A stretch of 64,000 nt of DNA from the IMG/VR virus record IMGVR_UViG_3300022916_000011, positions 13,966 through 77,965 of that record. One strand, 5' to 3'. This DNA is from a virus. Shown here piece after piece: positions 36,096-44,965 of the stretch (position 1 is its first letter; each line of letters begins with the position of its first letter). The translations under genes and the position numbers were made by a program. Under the pieces are notes generated by a model, which saw only the letters and a list, made by a program, of their open reading frames with translations, was not told where the DNA came from and ran no database searches.

Positions 36096-36258
36096 AAATA
36101 AGGAAATTAGAAGGTCCTCGAGCCTCTGTTTGATAATCGAAATTTGCTATTATTAACTTTTTACTTTCAACTAAAGAAAATGGAATTTTTCTTTAGTACG
36201 GTTATTGGAACCTGGAAAGGTAATTTGAACTGTCTGGAAAGACAAAGGAGATCGTATC

Positions 36259-37107
36259 ATGGCATTACAGTATAAGTTGGCCCAAGAGGGTAAGTTTATT
36301 GAGTTGAGTGAAGAGGGACATCCTCTGGTATTTGATGATCAAGATGAGGATGAGAAAACATTTCCACTGGATGGTATTCACCTTTATTCTAAAGTGCCTA
36401 CACTTCAAGCGGAAGCTAAGAAGTATAGGGAAGATAAGGACAAACTTCAACAGAAAATGGGTCTTTTGGGAGATCACGAACCAGAAGAACTTTCTATTAA
36501 GTTAAAGACTTTAGAAGATTTCGGGGATATCACACCAAAAGAGGCAAAAGAAGCTAGGGACCTACTTAAAAATCTTGAAGATGTGGATGAAAAAAATGCG
36601 GTTCAGATTGAAAAGGTGAAAGCTGGAGTAGCAGAATCGTATGAAGGAAAGATCAAAGATATTGACACTCAACATCAACACCAAATTTCATCTCTTGAAA
36701 CCAATATACAGAGAAAGGACGGAGCCATTAGGAACCTGATCATCAAAGGTGCTTTCGACCGAAACGAGTTTATTAAGGATAGAACTGTGCTGACGCCTGA
36801 TATTGCTTATGACAGTTTCGGGAAGTATTTCGTTGTTGAGGATGGGGAGAATGGTATATCTGTCTATGCTGTGGATCGGTCTGGTGAGAAAATTTTTAGT
36901 AAGGCTAAGCCTGGTGAGTATGCATCACCTGATGAAGCCATCGAATTGATCATCAATGATTACCCGCAAAAAGACAATATTATGAGGACTACTTCAGGTG
37001 GCTCAAACTCTGGTGGTAACGCCAGTGGAGGATCAGCTAAACGTCAGAGAATGGCAGAGTTGACTTCGATGCCGGCTGGGGAACGCCTTAAAGCTCTTAG
37101 ACGATAA
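36259..37107 (+). CDS. capsid scaffolding protein (DUF6651-like)
   Basis: EAKKYR coiled coil; IFSKAKPGEYASPDEAIE; Gly-rich tail; precedes MCP. Confidence 0.8.
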   Translation: MALQYKLAQEGKFIELSEEGHPLVFDDQDEDEKTFPLDGIHLYSKVPTLQAEAKKYREDKDKLQQKMGLLGDHEPEELSIKLKTLEDFGDITPKEAKEARDLLKNLEDVDEKNAVQIEKVKAGVAESYEGKIKDIDTQHQHQISSLETNIQRKDGAIRNLIIKGAFDRNEFIKDRTVLTPDIAYDSFGKYFVVEDGENGISVYAVDRSGEKIFSKAKPGEYASPDEAIELIINDYPQKDNIMRTTSGGSNSGGNASGGSAKRQRMAELTSMPAGERLKALRR

Positions 37108-37130
37108 AATTTTAGCAGGAGGATTTAAAA

Positions 37131-38063
37131 ATGGCATTAACACTCGTTGAAGCGGCAAAGATCGCTATGGGTCGGGATGAAGCTCTGAAAGCTACTGTTA
37201 TGGAACTGTATGCTAGAGGTTCCGATATTTTGCAGTTTCTGCCCTTTGAAAATATTACTGGTAATGCTCTCACCTTTAACCGTGAGAAAAATTTACCCAC
37301 TGCCGGGTTTAGAGGAGTGAATGAAGCTTACTCTGAGGGAACCGGAGAATTCGATAAGATTACTGAATCTCTGGCAATCGCCGGTGGTGATTTGGACGTT
37401 GATGTTATGCTGGTGAAAACTGGTAATTCCGATCAGCGTGGAGCGCAGGAAGCTTTGAAAATTAAAGCCCTGTCGCTTGCTATGACTAAATCTATTCTTA
37501 AAGGTGATTCTGAAACTACACCTAAAGAATTTGATGGTCTCCAGGTTCGTCTTACTGGTGATCAGGTTGTTGATGATGGTGCAACTGGTGGTGGTGATGT
37601 CCTTAGTTTGGTTAAGCTTGATGAGCTTATTGATGCTGTGGATGAACCGACTCACCTTTTGATGAACAAAACTATGCGTAGGCGGCTTACTGCTGCTGCA
37701 AGACTTACCACCGTTGGTGGCTATATTACTTATGATGTAGATGCTTTTGGTCGTAGAATTACCAAGTACAATGATCTGCCGATTCTGATTGCTGATAAGG
37801 ATAATGATTACAACGATATTATGCCTTTCACCGAAGCGGCTGATAGTGGTACTTCTCAGTGTACTTCCATTTACTGTGTCTCATTTGCAGAAAATGGTGT
37901 TATGGGCTTGCAGAATGGTGTTATGGATGTTAGGGATCTTGGTGAGATTGATACCAAACCTGTGTTCCGTACTAGGATTGAATGGTATATTTCTCTTGCC
38001 GTTCTGCGTCCCAAAGCTGCTGCCCGTTTACGCTACATTAAGGATGGTGCCGTTGCTGCGTAA
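37131..38063 (+). CDS. major capsid protein (HK97 fold)
   Basis: MALTLVEAAK, ILQFLPF, FRGVNE, GGDLDVD, EFDGL, RTRIEWY..AARL. Confidence 0.9.
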   Translation: MALTLVEAAKIAMGRDEALKATVMELYARGSDILQFLPFENITGNALTFNREKNLPTAGFRGVNEAYSEGTGEFDKITESLAIAGGDLDVDVMLVKTGNSDQRGAQEALKIKALSLAMTKSILKGDSETTPKEFDGLQVRLTGDQVVDDGATGGGDVLSLVKLDELIDAVDEPTHLLMNKTMRRRLTAAARLTTVGGYITYDVDAFGRRITKYNDLPILIADKDNDYNDIMPFTEAADSGTSQCTSIYCVSFAENGVMGLQNGVMDVRDLGEIDTKPVFRTRIEWYISLAVLRPKAAARLRYIKDGAVAA

Positions 38064-38117
38064 TCAAAGGGTTTTTCTTTGATTTTTTGTAAATCTTGAA
38101 ATAGAGAGGTATTAAAA

Positions 38118-38564
38118 ATGGCAAACAATACTTTTACGGTTGATGGAAGAACTAGGTTGGTGGATGACCTTCTGGTTCTTAAAGCCAAAGGTACAGTAGC
38201 AACTTCTATGGTAGGTGAAAGTCCCGTTGGTACGGACAAAACCTTTGATACTGGTGGTGGACGTACTGCTGGTAATATTGTACTGCTTGTTTATGCAGTG
38301 CCTAATATTCTCGCTTCTACCAAAATGACCTTTAGGCTGCAGGGTGGAAAGAATACTTCTTTCTCCACTCTTACTGATCTTCATATTATTGAGTTGGGTG
38401 ATTCTACTCAGATTACCAGTGCTGTTGATTTGGGCGTTGGTAAGTACATTATTCCTTTCAACAATGAGTTTGATGGAACGGTTTATCGCTATCTGCGACA
38501 TTACCTGACCATTGGTGGTACTTGTGGAACTGGCGTAAAGTATGAGTATTACCTCACAAAATAA
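38118..38564 (+). CDS. capsid cement/decoration protein
   Basis: follows MCP; beta-rich; YRYLRHY motif. Confidence 0.7.
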   Translation: MANNTFTVDGRTRLVDDLLVLKAKGTVATSMVGESPVGTDKTFDTGGGRTAGNIVLLVYAVPNILASTKMTFRLQGGKNTSFSTLTDLHIIELGDSTQITSAVDLGVGKYIIPFNNEFDGTVYRYLRHYLTIGGTCGTGVKYEYYLTK

Positions 38565-38574
38565 GGAGTAGATA

Positions 38575-39810
38575 ATGAATGATACGGGGCAAGTATCTAT
38601 TTCTATCTGCATGATGGTAAGGGACGAAGAAGAGAACCTTCAACGTTCCTTACCATCTTTAAAAAATTTAGCAGATGAACTAATTGTTATTGACACAGGA
38701 TCAAAAGATAAGTCTATTGAGATTGCTAAGTCCTTTGGTGCTAAAGTTTATGAACATCCTTGGGAAGATGATTTTTCGAAACACAGGAATCAATCTGTTT
38801 CATATGCTACCTCAGACTGGATTTTCATTTTTGATGCTGATGAAGAACTAATTGTACCCAATGAATCTTCCATTAGGGAATTGAAGCAGTGGTTACTTAA
38901 ATTAGAAGAACCTTGTTGTTCTGCTGCTATTGTTTTACATGATATTCAACAAGATAGACAGGTAATGCGTTTTAATTCTGTTCGTCTTTTTAGAAGGGGT
39001 CATGTTGAATATTTAGGAACAGTTCATAATGCCCCTAAAGTTATAAATGGGGATTCAAAAGCGCCAATTTGTAATCTAATTGAATTGAATCATTACGGGT
39101 ACGATTTAACACCAGAGAAAGCATTGATTAAAAGAAAACGTACTGAAAGCCTTCTCTTGAAAAGAATTGAACAAGATCCAGATGATGTGGCTGCTTATTT
39201 TTATTTGGTTCAAGCATACACAGCATATAGCGAGTATAACACAGCTATTAAGTATATTTTTAAGTATGAGGAAGTTGTTAAGAAAAATGGAGTTGAATTT
39301 AATGGTTCAATTTTTTGTACTGCCGTTTCAGTTTTCAGAAAAGTGAGTGATAAAGAAAATTGTCAAAGGTGGTTGTTAAAAGGGTTAAAGAAATTTCCAC
39401 GTGATTTAGATTTACTGATGAATTTGACCGAATTTGGTGTTTGGCAAAAGAAGTTGAATTTGGTCATTCAGGGTGGAAAAGGATTTATGGAAGTGTATGA
39501 AGAATATTCTAATAATCCTTTAGCTAGTGGAAATAGATTTACTTACGCAAATGTACCAGAAGCAGCAGCTTATTGTTTATTCCACTTATCATTAGGTTTG
39601 CTTCAAGAGAGTAGTGAGTATCTAAATAGATTAGGTGTAGTTTTAAATGATGCCGATCCTAAGTATGCTGCTGGAATGAAGGGTGATGTCGCAACTGTTC
39701 TAGATAAATTTGGTTGGCACAGAGATGGTTGGAGTAGTTCTGCAAAGCCCAATATGATTGGTAGAGAATCTAAAAGGAAAATAGTGAATTTGAGTAAAAG
39801 CTTAAATTAA
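38575..39810 (+). CDS. GT2 glycosyltransferase with TPR-like C-terminus
   Basis: CMMVRDEE, DTGSKD, DDFSKHRN, DADE, RLFR..VH..HYGY. Confidence 0.88.
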   Translation: MNDTGQVSISICMMVRDEEENLQRSLPSLKNLADELIVIDTGSKDKSIEIAKSFGAKVYEHPWEDDFSKHRNQSVSYATSDWIFIFDADEELIVPNESSIRELKQWLLKLEEPCCSAAIVLHDIQQDRQVMRFNSVRLFRRGHVEYLGTVHNAPKVINGDSKAPICNLIELNHYGYDLTPEKALIKRKRTESLLLKRIEQDPDDVAAYFYLVQAYTAYSEYNTAIKYIFKYEEVVKKNGVEFNGSIFCTAVSVFRKVSDKENCQRWLLKGLKKFPRDLDLLMNLTEFGVWQKKLNLVIQGGKGFMEVYEEYSNNPLASGNRFTYANVPEAAAYCLFHLSLGLLQESSEYLNRLGVVLNDADPKYAAGMKGDVATVLDKFGWHRDGWSSSAKPNMIGRESKRKIVNLSKSLN

Positions 39811-39822
39811 AAGGAGTTTGTC

Positions 39823-40056
39823 ATGATAACTATTTATGAGCAAAAAACTGGGAAACCGTTCACTGTTGAACACATGATTGATGCTAAGGAATCTGTTGCA
39901 AATGGATCTTACACTTTTACAGCCCCTGTAAAAGAAGAACCTAAGCCTATAGTTGAACCTGTTGTTAAAAAAGTAAAACCAGCTCCTATTAAAAAAGTTG
40001 AAAAACCAATTGTTAAAGGGAGTATTAAATCAAAAAGTATTTTGAAAAAGAAATAA
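39823..40056 (+). CDS. small head-associated protein with K/P-rich tail
   Basis: AAGGAG SD; position in head operon. Confidence 0.6.
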   Translation: MITIYEQKTGKPFTVEHMIDAKESVANGSYTFTAPVKEEPKPIVEPVVKKVKPAPIKKVEKPIVKGSIKSKSILKKK

Positions 40057-40070
40057 GTTGAGGTTCTATC

Positions 40071-40577
40071 ATGGCCCTAACATTAGTAGCAACTGCTAAA
40101 TCAGCCTCGGCAAATGCCTATTGTACTTTGGCATCCGCTTCAGATTATCTTCAAAGAAATATTCACACGTATTCTGCTTGGAGTAGCTTAACAACTGCTA
40201 ATGCAGAGGCAACTCTTATTTGGGCCACGTCTCTGTTAGATAAACAAATTGATTGGAACGGGAATAAAACTACGACAGCGCAAGCTCTACGTTGGCCTAG
40301 GGAAAGTATCTCTGATTCAGATGGGGAAGCTGTAGATGAGGATACAATACCGAAATTTCTACAAGAAGCTACAGCAGAATATGCCAGGTTACTTTCTGTA
40401 AAAGACAGGACAGCAGAAGATCCTACTAAAGGTTTTTCAAGACTAGAAGCTGGAGGTCTAGCAGCATATATAAATGCTAGAGATAGAGTAGGGATTATTC
40501 CCGATTTGGTTTTTGATATGATAAAACCATACGGTGTTTTGGGTGTGTCGAATAGCCGAGTACTAGAGAGGCGTTAA
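40071..40577 (+). CDS. head-tail adaptor (DnaT-like family)
   Basis: ANAYCTL..QALRWPR..IP..ATAEYA. Confidence 0.8.
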   Translation: MALTLVATAKSASANAYCTLASASDYLQRNIHTYSAWSSLTTANAEATLIWATSLLDKQIDWNGNKTTTAQALRWPRESISDSDGEAVDEDTIPKFLQEATAEYARLLSVKDRTAEDPTKGFSRLEAGGLAAYINARDRVGIIPDLVFDMIKPYGVLGVSNSRVLERR

Positions 40578-40579
40578 CT

Positions 40580-41188
40580 ATGGGTTTGCAATCAGTTTTT
40601 CAGAGTATAGCGGAGACTATCATTGACGCTTTTGATGATGTTCCGCAATATTTTTATTTTCACTCTTTGGGCACTTCCACTTATAATGCTACCACTGGTG
40701 CTAATGTAGAAAGTGGTGCTATTGAAATAAGTGCGGTGACTGATTTATCCATGGTAGCTTCTACTTCTTTAAAATCTGTGAGTACAGACCTTTCTGCTTA
40801 TAATATTCCAACGGATGATGTACAGTGGTTTAAGATTTCTGGTTTCACAAGTGCAACCAATAACGGTTATGCTAGAGCTACGGCTGCTACAGATACGGGA
40901 ATTACTTTAACTCAAAAGACTGTAGAGACTGAAGCAGCAGGAGATGAAATAACCATAACTGGACCATTTTATAAGGTTAAAGGTGTATTTCGTCATTATG
41001 GTTTAGAAGAAATAAGAGATACTCCAATACAAATCGAGGATTTACAAGTAGTTATTGCAGCTAATGATTTAGCAGTCACCCCCAAGAGTGATGATTGGTT
41101 GTTGTGGAGTGATGTGAAGTATCGCATTATGTTAGCAGACAGTGATCCTGCTTTTGCCACTTGGAAAATGTGGTTGAGGAGATTGTAA
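40580..41188 (+). CDS. head closure protein with inserted beta domain
   Basis: YNATTG..; P...D....YRI..DPAFATW. Confidence 0.7.
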   Translation: MGLQSVFQSIAETIIDAFDDVPQYFYFHSLGTSTYNATTGANVESGAIEISAVTDLSMVASTSLKSVSTDLSAYNIPTDDVQWFKISGFTSATNNGYARATAATDTGITLTQKTVETEAAGDEITITGPFYKVKGVFRHYGLEEIRDTPIQIEDLQVVIAANDLAVTPKSDDWLLWSDVKYRIMLADSDPAFATWKMWLRRL

Positions 41189-41697
41189 TGGCTGGTGATT
41201 ATAATACTTCTTTCACAGTAGATAAAAGAAGAGGTGGAAAAGAACTAAATTTAGATTGGTACATCAGTCGTGTACCACATCTGGCTGCTGCAATTAAGAA
41301 GAAAGTTGGAGAAGAGTTATTTAAAGCGGTTGTTAGTGCAGAAAATGTTCCTTTTGTAACTGGTAGATATGTATCCAGTCATAGAATAGGTATTGGAGCT
41401 GAAGATAATTCTTTTTCGAAAAATGGTGCTGGTTCTTTAGATGAGGCCAGAAGCAAAGTATTGGCATCGCAATTACCTAAATTGGAGTCTATTAAATCTG
41501 AGGATAATGTTTTTCTTACAAATTCAGTTCAAACTGAAAAAGGGTATTCTTATGCTAAACAGGTAGAATATGCTGGTTGGTTAGGTACTGAGAGTTCAAC
41601 AATGCCTTATTTGGTTTATGAAAAAGCTTTACTACAAGTGAAACCAAGAATACGTCAATTCATAAAAGACCTTAAAGGAAGTTATTTTGGTATTTAA
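41188..41697 (+). CDS. neck/tail completion protein (HK97 gp10-like)
   Basis: PFVTGRY..NSV..YAKQVEY. Confidence 0.7.
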   Translation: MAGDYNTSFTVDKRRGGKELNLDWYISRVPHLAAAIKKKVGEELFKAVVSAENVPFVTGRYVSSHRIGIGAEDNSFSKNGAGSLDEARSKVLASQLPKLESIKSEDNVFLTNSVQTEKGYSYAKQVEYAGWLGTESSTMPYLVYEKALLQVKPRIRQFIKDLKGSYFGI

Positions 41698-41699
41698 CT

Positions 41700-42119
41700 A
41701 TGGGATCTTTTCAAGATTTACGCCAATATATTGAAAGTCGATTAACAGATAATTGGAGTGCTACGGATGTGGCCATTGATAATATAGATTATACTCCATC
41801 TGCTGATACAGCTTTTATTCATATAATAATTGATGAAGGTATTGGAAGACAAATAACTTACAATTCTGGAGAGAATGCTACTCATAGATATGAAGGTTTC
41901 ATAATGGTATATGTGAATGTACCATTAAAAAGTGGAACTAATACTGCTAGAGGTTATGCAGATTCTATAGCCACTATTTTTAGAAACGCTCAATTTTCTA
42001 CTATGGATATACTTTGTAAAACTCCAAAGATCATTCGAATTGGTGAAGTAGAGGGGATGTTTCAGTACAATGTTTTGACTCCTTTTCAAGTTGATATAAC
42101 ATTGGATAATGCATCGTGA
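41700..42119 (+). CDS. tail terminator protein
   Basis: size and position; GTNTARGYAD. Confidence 0.7.
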   Translation: MGSFQDLRQYIESRLTDNWSATDVAIDNIDYTPSADTAFIHIIIDEGIGRQITYNSGENATHRYEGFIMVYVNVPLKSGTNTARGYADSIATIFRNAQFSTMDILCKTPKIIRIGEVEGMFQYNVLTPFQVDITLDNAS

Positions 42120-42301
42120 TTAAATTTAAGTTAATTTCCCCATCTAAAGAAAACGAATGTAGATGTTGTAATTGCAATAAATTGTTAGCGAAAATAAAAC
42201 AGGTTGACAATTTAGCCATTATAGAAATAAAATGTACCAAGACTACATGTAGGACTTTAAATGTTTTTAGAATTGAAAAGAATGCGGGTTATGTAAAATG
42301 A
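42116..42301 (+). CDS. Mu Com-family zinc-ribbon regulator
   Basis: RCCNCNKLLAK..IEIKC...CRTLN. Confidence 0.75.
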   Translation: MIKFKLISPSKENECRCCNCNKLLAKIKQVDNLAIIEIKCTKTTCRTLNVFRIEKNAGYVK

Positions 42302-42486
42302 ATATACCCTTGGAAGTAAAGATTAAAGCAGTAAAGGAATTACCGTTGGACTGTAAAGGGCAACCTAAATGTAGTAAGATGTCATTTTTTCAGATAGAAT
42401 GCTCATGTGAATGTTATAAAGAGAATCTGGAAAGATTAGTAAATTTGGTCATAAGCGAACGTCAGCCGCTTGATATATGTAGTTAG
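42298..42486 (+). CDS. small Cys-rich protein
   Basis: ATGA overlap; CSCEC. Confidence 0.5.
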   Translation: MNIPLEVKIKAVKELPLDCKGQPKCSKMSFFQIECSCECYKENLERLVNLVISERQPLDICS

Positions 42487-42553
42487 TTAGGGTCGGAAGC
42501 CCCTGGATAACAGAGATGATGTTAATTTAAACTATCTTTGAGGAGGATAGACC

Positions 42554-43735
42554 ATGGATAGTAACAGAACAGCACTTCATTTTAAGGAGGAGACCACTTG
42601 GGGGACCGCTGCAAGTGGGACTTACCAGACGCTAAGATTCACAAGTGAATCTTTTGCCTATAACATTACTAATGTGACAAGTACAGAAATTCGAAATGAT
42701 CGCCAGATCACGGATTTGATTCAGACTGATGCCGATGTTACTGGCGGGTTTAATTTTGAATTTAGCTACAATACCTTTGGGGACCTGCTTGAAGGTGCCC
42801 TATGGAGTGATTGGTCAACACAGTTGGCTATTTCTGCTTTGGGTATTGGTATTGATGTGGCAGGTACACTTACTGCTGGAACTGGTGCTACTGATGATAC
42901 AGCTAACTTTTCTTTGGTTACTGTTGGTCAGTGGATTGAATTGCGTGGTAGTTCTAATGCCACCAATAATGGTTATTACCAAGTCTCAGCGAAGGCTAGT
43001 TATACTAGCATAAGTGTCCTTCCTGTGCCTGATGCTACTGTGGCATCCGCATCGGATACCGTCACCATTGTTGGCGCTTATTTGCGTAATGGAACTACTG
43101 AACATAGTTATACGTTCATTAGGGAACATGCTGGTCTTACTTCACCGGCTACGCAGTATTTTTCCTTTCTTGGCGCAGTGTGTAATTCTTTCTCACTGTC
43201 TGTCCAGTCTGGTGCAATTTTAACAGGAAGTTTTGACTATATTGGGAAGAATGCAAATTTGTCCTCTGTTTCTTCTACAGCCGATGCTGCTACTGGAGTT
43301 ACTACCACTTCTGTTCTTAATGCGGTTGTTAACGTGGCAGAAGTTAGAGAAGCTGGAGATACAGTGTCAGATTGTTTGGTACAGGGTCTTGATATTTCTG
43401 TAGCAAATAATGTACGTGGCTTGAAATCTATTGCTAATCTCGGTAATTGTGATATTGGCGTGGGTAAGTGTGATGTCACTGGTACACTGAATGCGTTCTT
43501 TAAGGATAATTCTTTGTATGATAAGTATTTAGCTGGTACTGCCACTTCTATTTCTTTTAAAGTAGAAGATACGGCTGGAAATGCGTACATTTTTGATATG
43601 CCTCAGATTGAATTTGAATCTGATTCTGTCAATTCTGGTGGTCAAGATCAGGATGTTATGGAAGCGGTTGGGTTCCGTGCTTATAGAGATCCGACTTACA
43701 CCTACACCATTCAGGTCAGTAAATTTGACGCTTAA
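42554..43735 (+). CDS. major tail tube protein
   Basis: EETTWG..LRFTSES..STEIRNDRQ..GNAYIFDMP; strong SD. Confidence 0.85.
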   Translation: MDSNRTALHFKEETTWGTAASGTYQTLRFTSESFAYNITNVTSTEIRNDRQITDLIQTDADVTGGFNFEFSYNTFGDLLEGALWSDWSTQLAISALGIGIDVAGTLTAGTGATDDTANFSLVTVGQWIELRGSSNATNNGYYQVSAKASYTSISVLPVPDATVASASDTVTIVGAYLRNGTTEHSYTFIREHAGLTSPATQYFSFLGAVCNSFSLSVQSGAILTGSFDYIGKNANLSSVSSTADAATGVTTTSVLNAVVNVAEVREAGDTVSDCLVQGLDISVANNVRGLKSIANLGNCDIGVGKCDVTGTLNAFFKDNSLYDKYLAGTATSISFKVEDTAGNAYIFDMPQIEFESDSVNSGGQDQDVMEAVGFRAYRDPTYTYTIQVSKFDA

Positions 43736-43745
43736 TCTTGGATAA

Positions 43746-43809
43746 GATCAAGTATCTATCTTTCTCTGTTGGTGTGTGCCCCGTGTCAACACTGATAGAT
43801 GCTTGGTCT
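43746..43809 (+). terminator. long hairpin after tail tube gene
   Basis: AGATCAAGTATCTATC/GATAGATGCTTGGTCT stem. Confidence 0.55.
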
Positions 43810-43823
43810 GCTAGGGGTTAAAA

Positions 43824-44096
43824 ATGACTATAGTATATTTGGATGATTTTGATCCTAAAAATAAGATTTGGAATACAGTTCTTTCCACTAAGTTGGAGAA
43901 TTTCGATACATCTGTAGAATATCCTAGTAAATATGGTGGGGTAACTAGAATTAGATATGTGAAAGAACCTGGAGATATTGTCGTAATGAAAGAGGTTGAA
44001 AAGAAGGAAGGTAAAAAAGACTTGACAGTAGAAAATGTTGTTGTTAACATGGAAGAGGATGAAGTAGAAAAAGTTGGAGAAGAATCTTTTTATTAA
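43824..44096 (+). CDS. hypothetical protein
   Basis: ORF within tail operon. Confidence 0.55.
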   Translation: MTIVYLDDFDPKNKIWNTVLSTKLENFDTSVEYPSKYGGVTRIRYVKEPGDIVVMKEVEKKEGKKDLTVENVVVNMEEDEVEKVGEESFY

Positions 44097-44120
44097 TTTC
44101 AATTAACGGGGGAATGCAAA

Positions 44121-44531
44121 ATGGCGGATATTAGGAAGCTTTATGCAACTAATGAAGATAAAGAAACCGATGGTGTCTGGCAGGATCTGGGTGACGGCAT
44201 TGAAATGCTGATTGCTCGTATTGGTAATCCTAAATACCAAAAACTTTTTCAAAGACTTAGTAAGCCTCACCGTAAAGCGATCAGGCGTGGTTCTTTGAAA
44301 GAAGATGTTGCAGAAAAGTTGATGATTGAATGTATGGCAGAAACTGTTCTTTTGGGTTGGAAGAATGTTGAGATGGATGGAAAACCTCTTCCTTATTCTA
44401 AAGAGAACGCCATTAAAATTCTCACAGAGTTCAAAGATTTGAAAGATTACATTAATGATTTTGCTAATGAGATGGAAGCTTACATGCAGGAAGATGCTGA
44501 GGAGGCAGAAGAGAACTTAAAAAACTCCTAA
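44121..44531 (+). CDS. tail assembly chaperone G
   Basis: DGVW..IARIGN..LLGWK..YSKENA; upstream of TMP. Confidence 0.85.
   Translation: MADIRKLYATNEDKETDGVWQDLGDGIEMLIARIGNPKYQKLFQRLSKPHRKAIRRGSLKEDVAEKLMIECMAETVLLGWKNVEMDGKPLPYSKENAIKILTEFKDLKDYINDFANEMEAYMQEDAEEAEENLKNS
44519..44525 (+). other. -1 ribosomal frameshift site A-AAA-AAC
   Basis: the -1 frame is open from here into 44606..44911. Confidence 0.8.
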
Positions 44532-44911
44532 GTTGGACCCTCAAGAACAAAGGTCAGTTAGAATGGTTTGAGAAGTTAGAGGAAGAGGGTCACGATATAG
44601 GAAGTGTGTTAGACGATAAACCAGAACTAACACACGATTTAGTTCCTTTTTGGAATGCGTTTCAAGTTTTAAGTAGTTCAAGAAGTACCGGCATGGGTGT
44701 CGGTGCAATTCCGCTTTCTGCATTTGAGTCTTATTTTCGTATTTGGAGAATAACTGATTTAGAAGATCAGTTAGAATATATCAGATTTGTAGGAGCATTA
44801 GATTCTGAATATTTAGCTTTTCAAAATAAGGAAAGTAAGAAGTCGCAAGAGAAAAGCGGAGCTAAAAATGCAAAGAGCGCCTCTAGAGTGCCAAAAGCAA
44901 AAGGTCGGTAG
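44525..44911 (+). CDS. tail assembly chaperone GT extension (frameshift product)
   Basis: W.AF..LSSSR..GMG.GAIP..LDSEYL. Confidence 0.8.
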   Translation, partial: LLSWTLKNKGQLEWFEKLEEEGHDIGSVLDDKPELTHDLVPFWNAFQVLSSSRSTGMGVGAIPLSAFESYFRIWRITDLEDQLEYIRFVGALDSEYLAFQNKESKKSQEKSGAKNAKSASRVPKAKGR

Positions 44912-44948
44912 TCACCAGGATTGGTTTGTGACTTCACGACCTTTTTTT
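44899..44948 (+). terminator. terminator-like hairpin immediately upstream of TMP
   Basis: GGTCG..AGTCAC/GTGACT..CGACC plus T7 tract. Confidence 0.6.
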
Positions 44949-44965
44949 ATGGCAGGTGGTAAATT

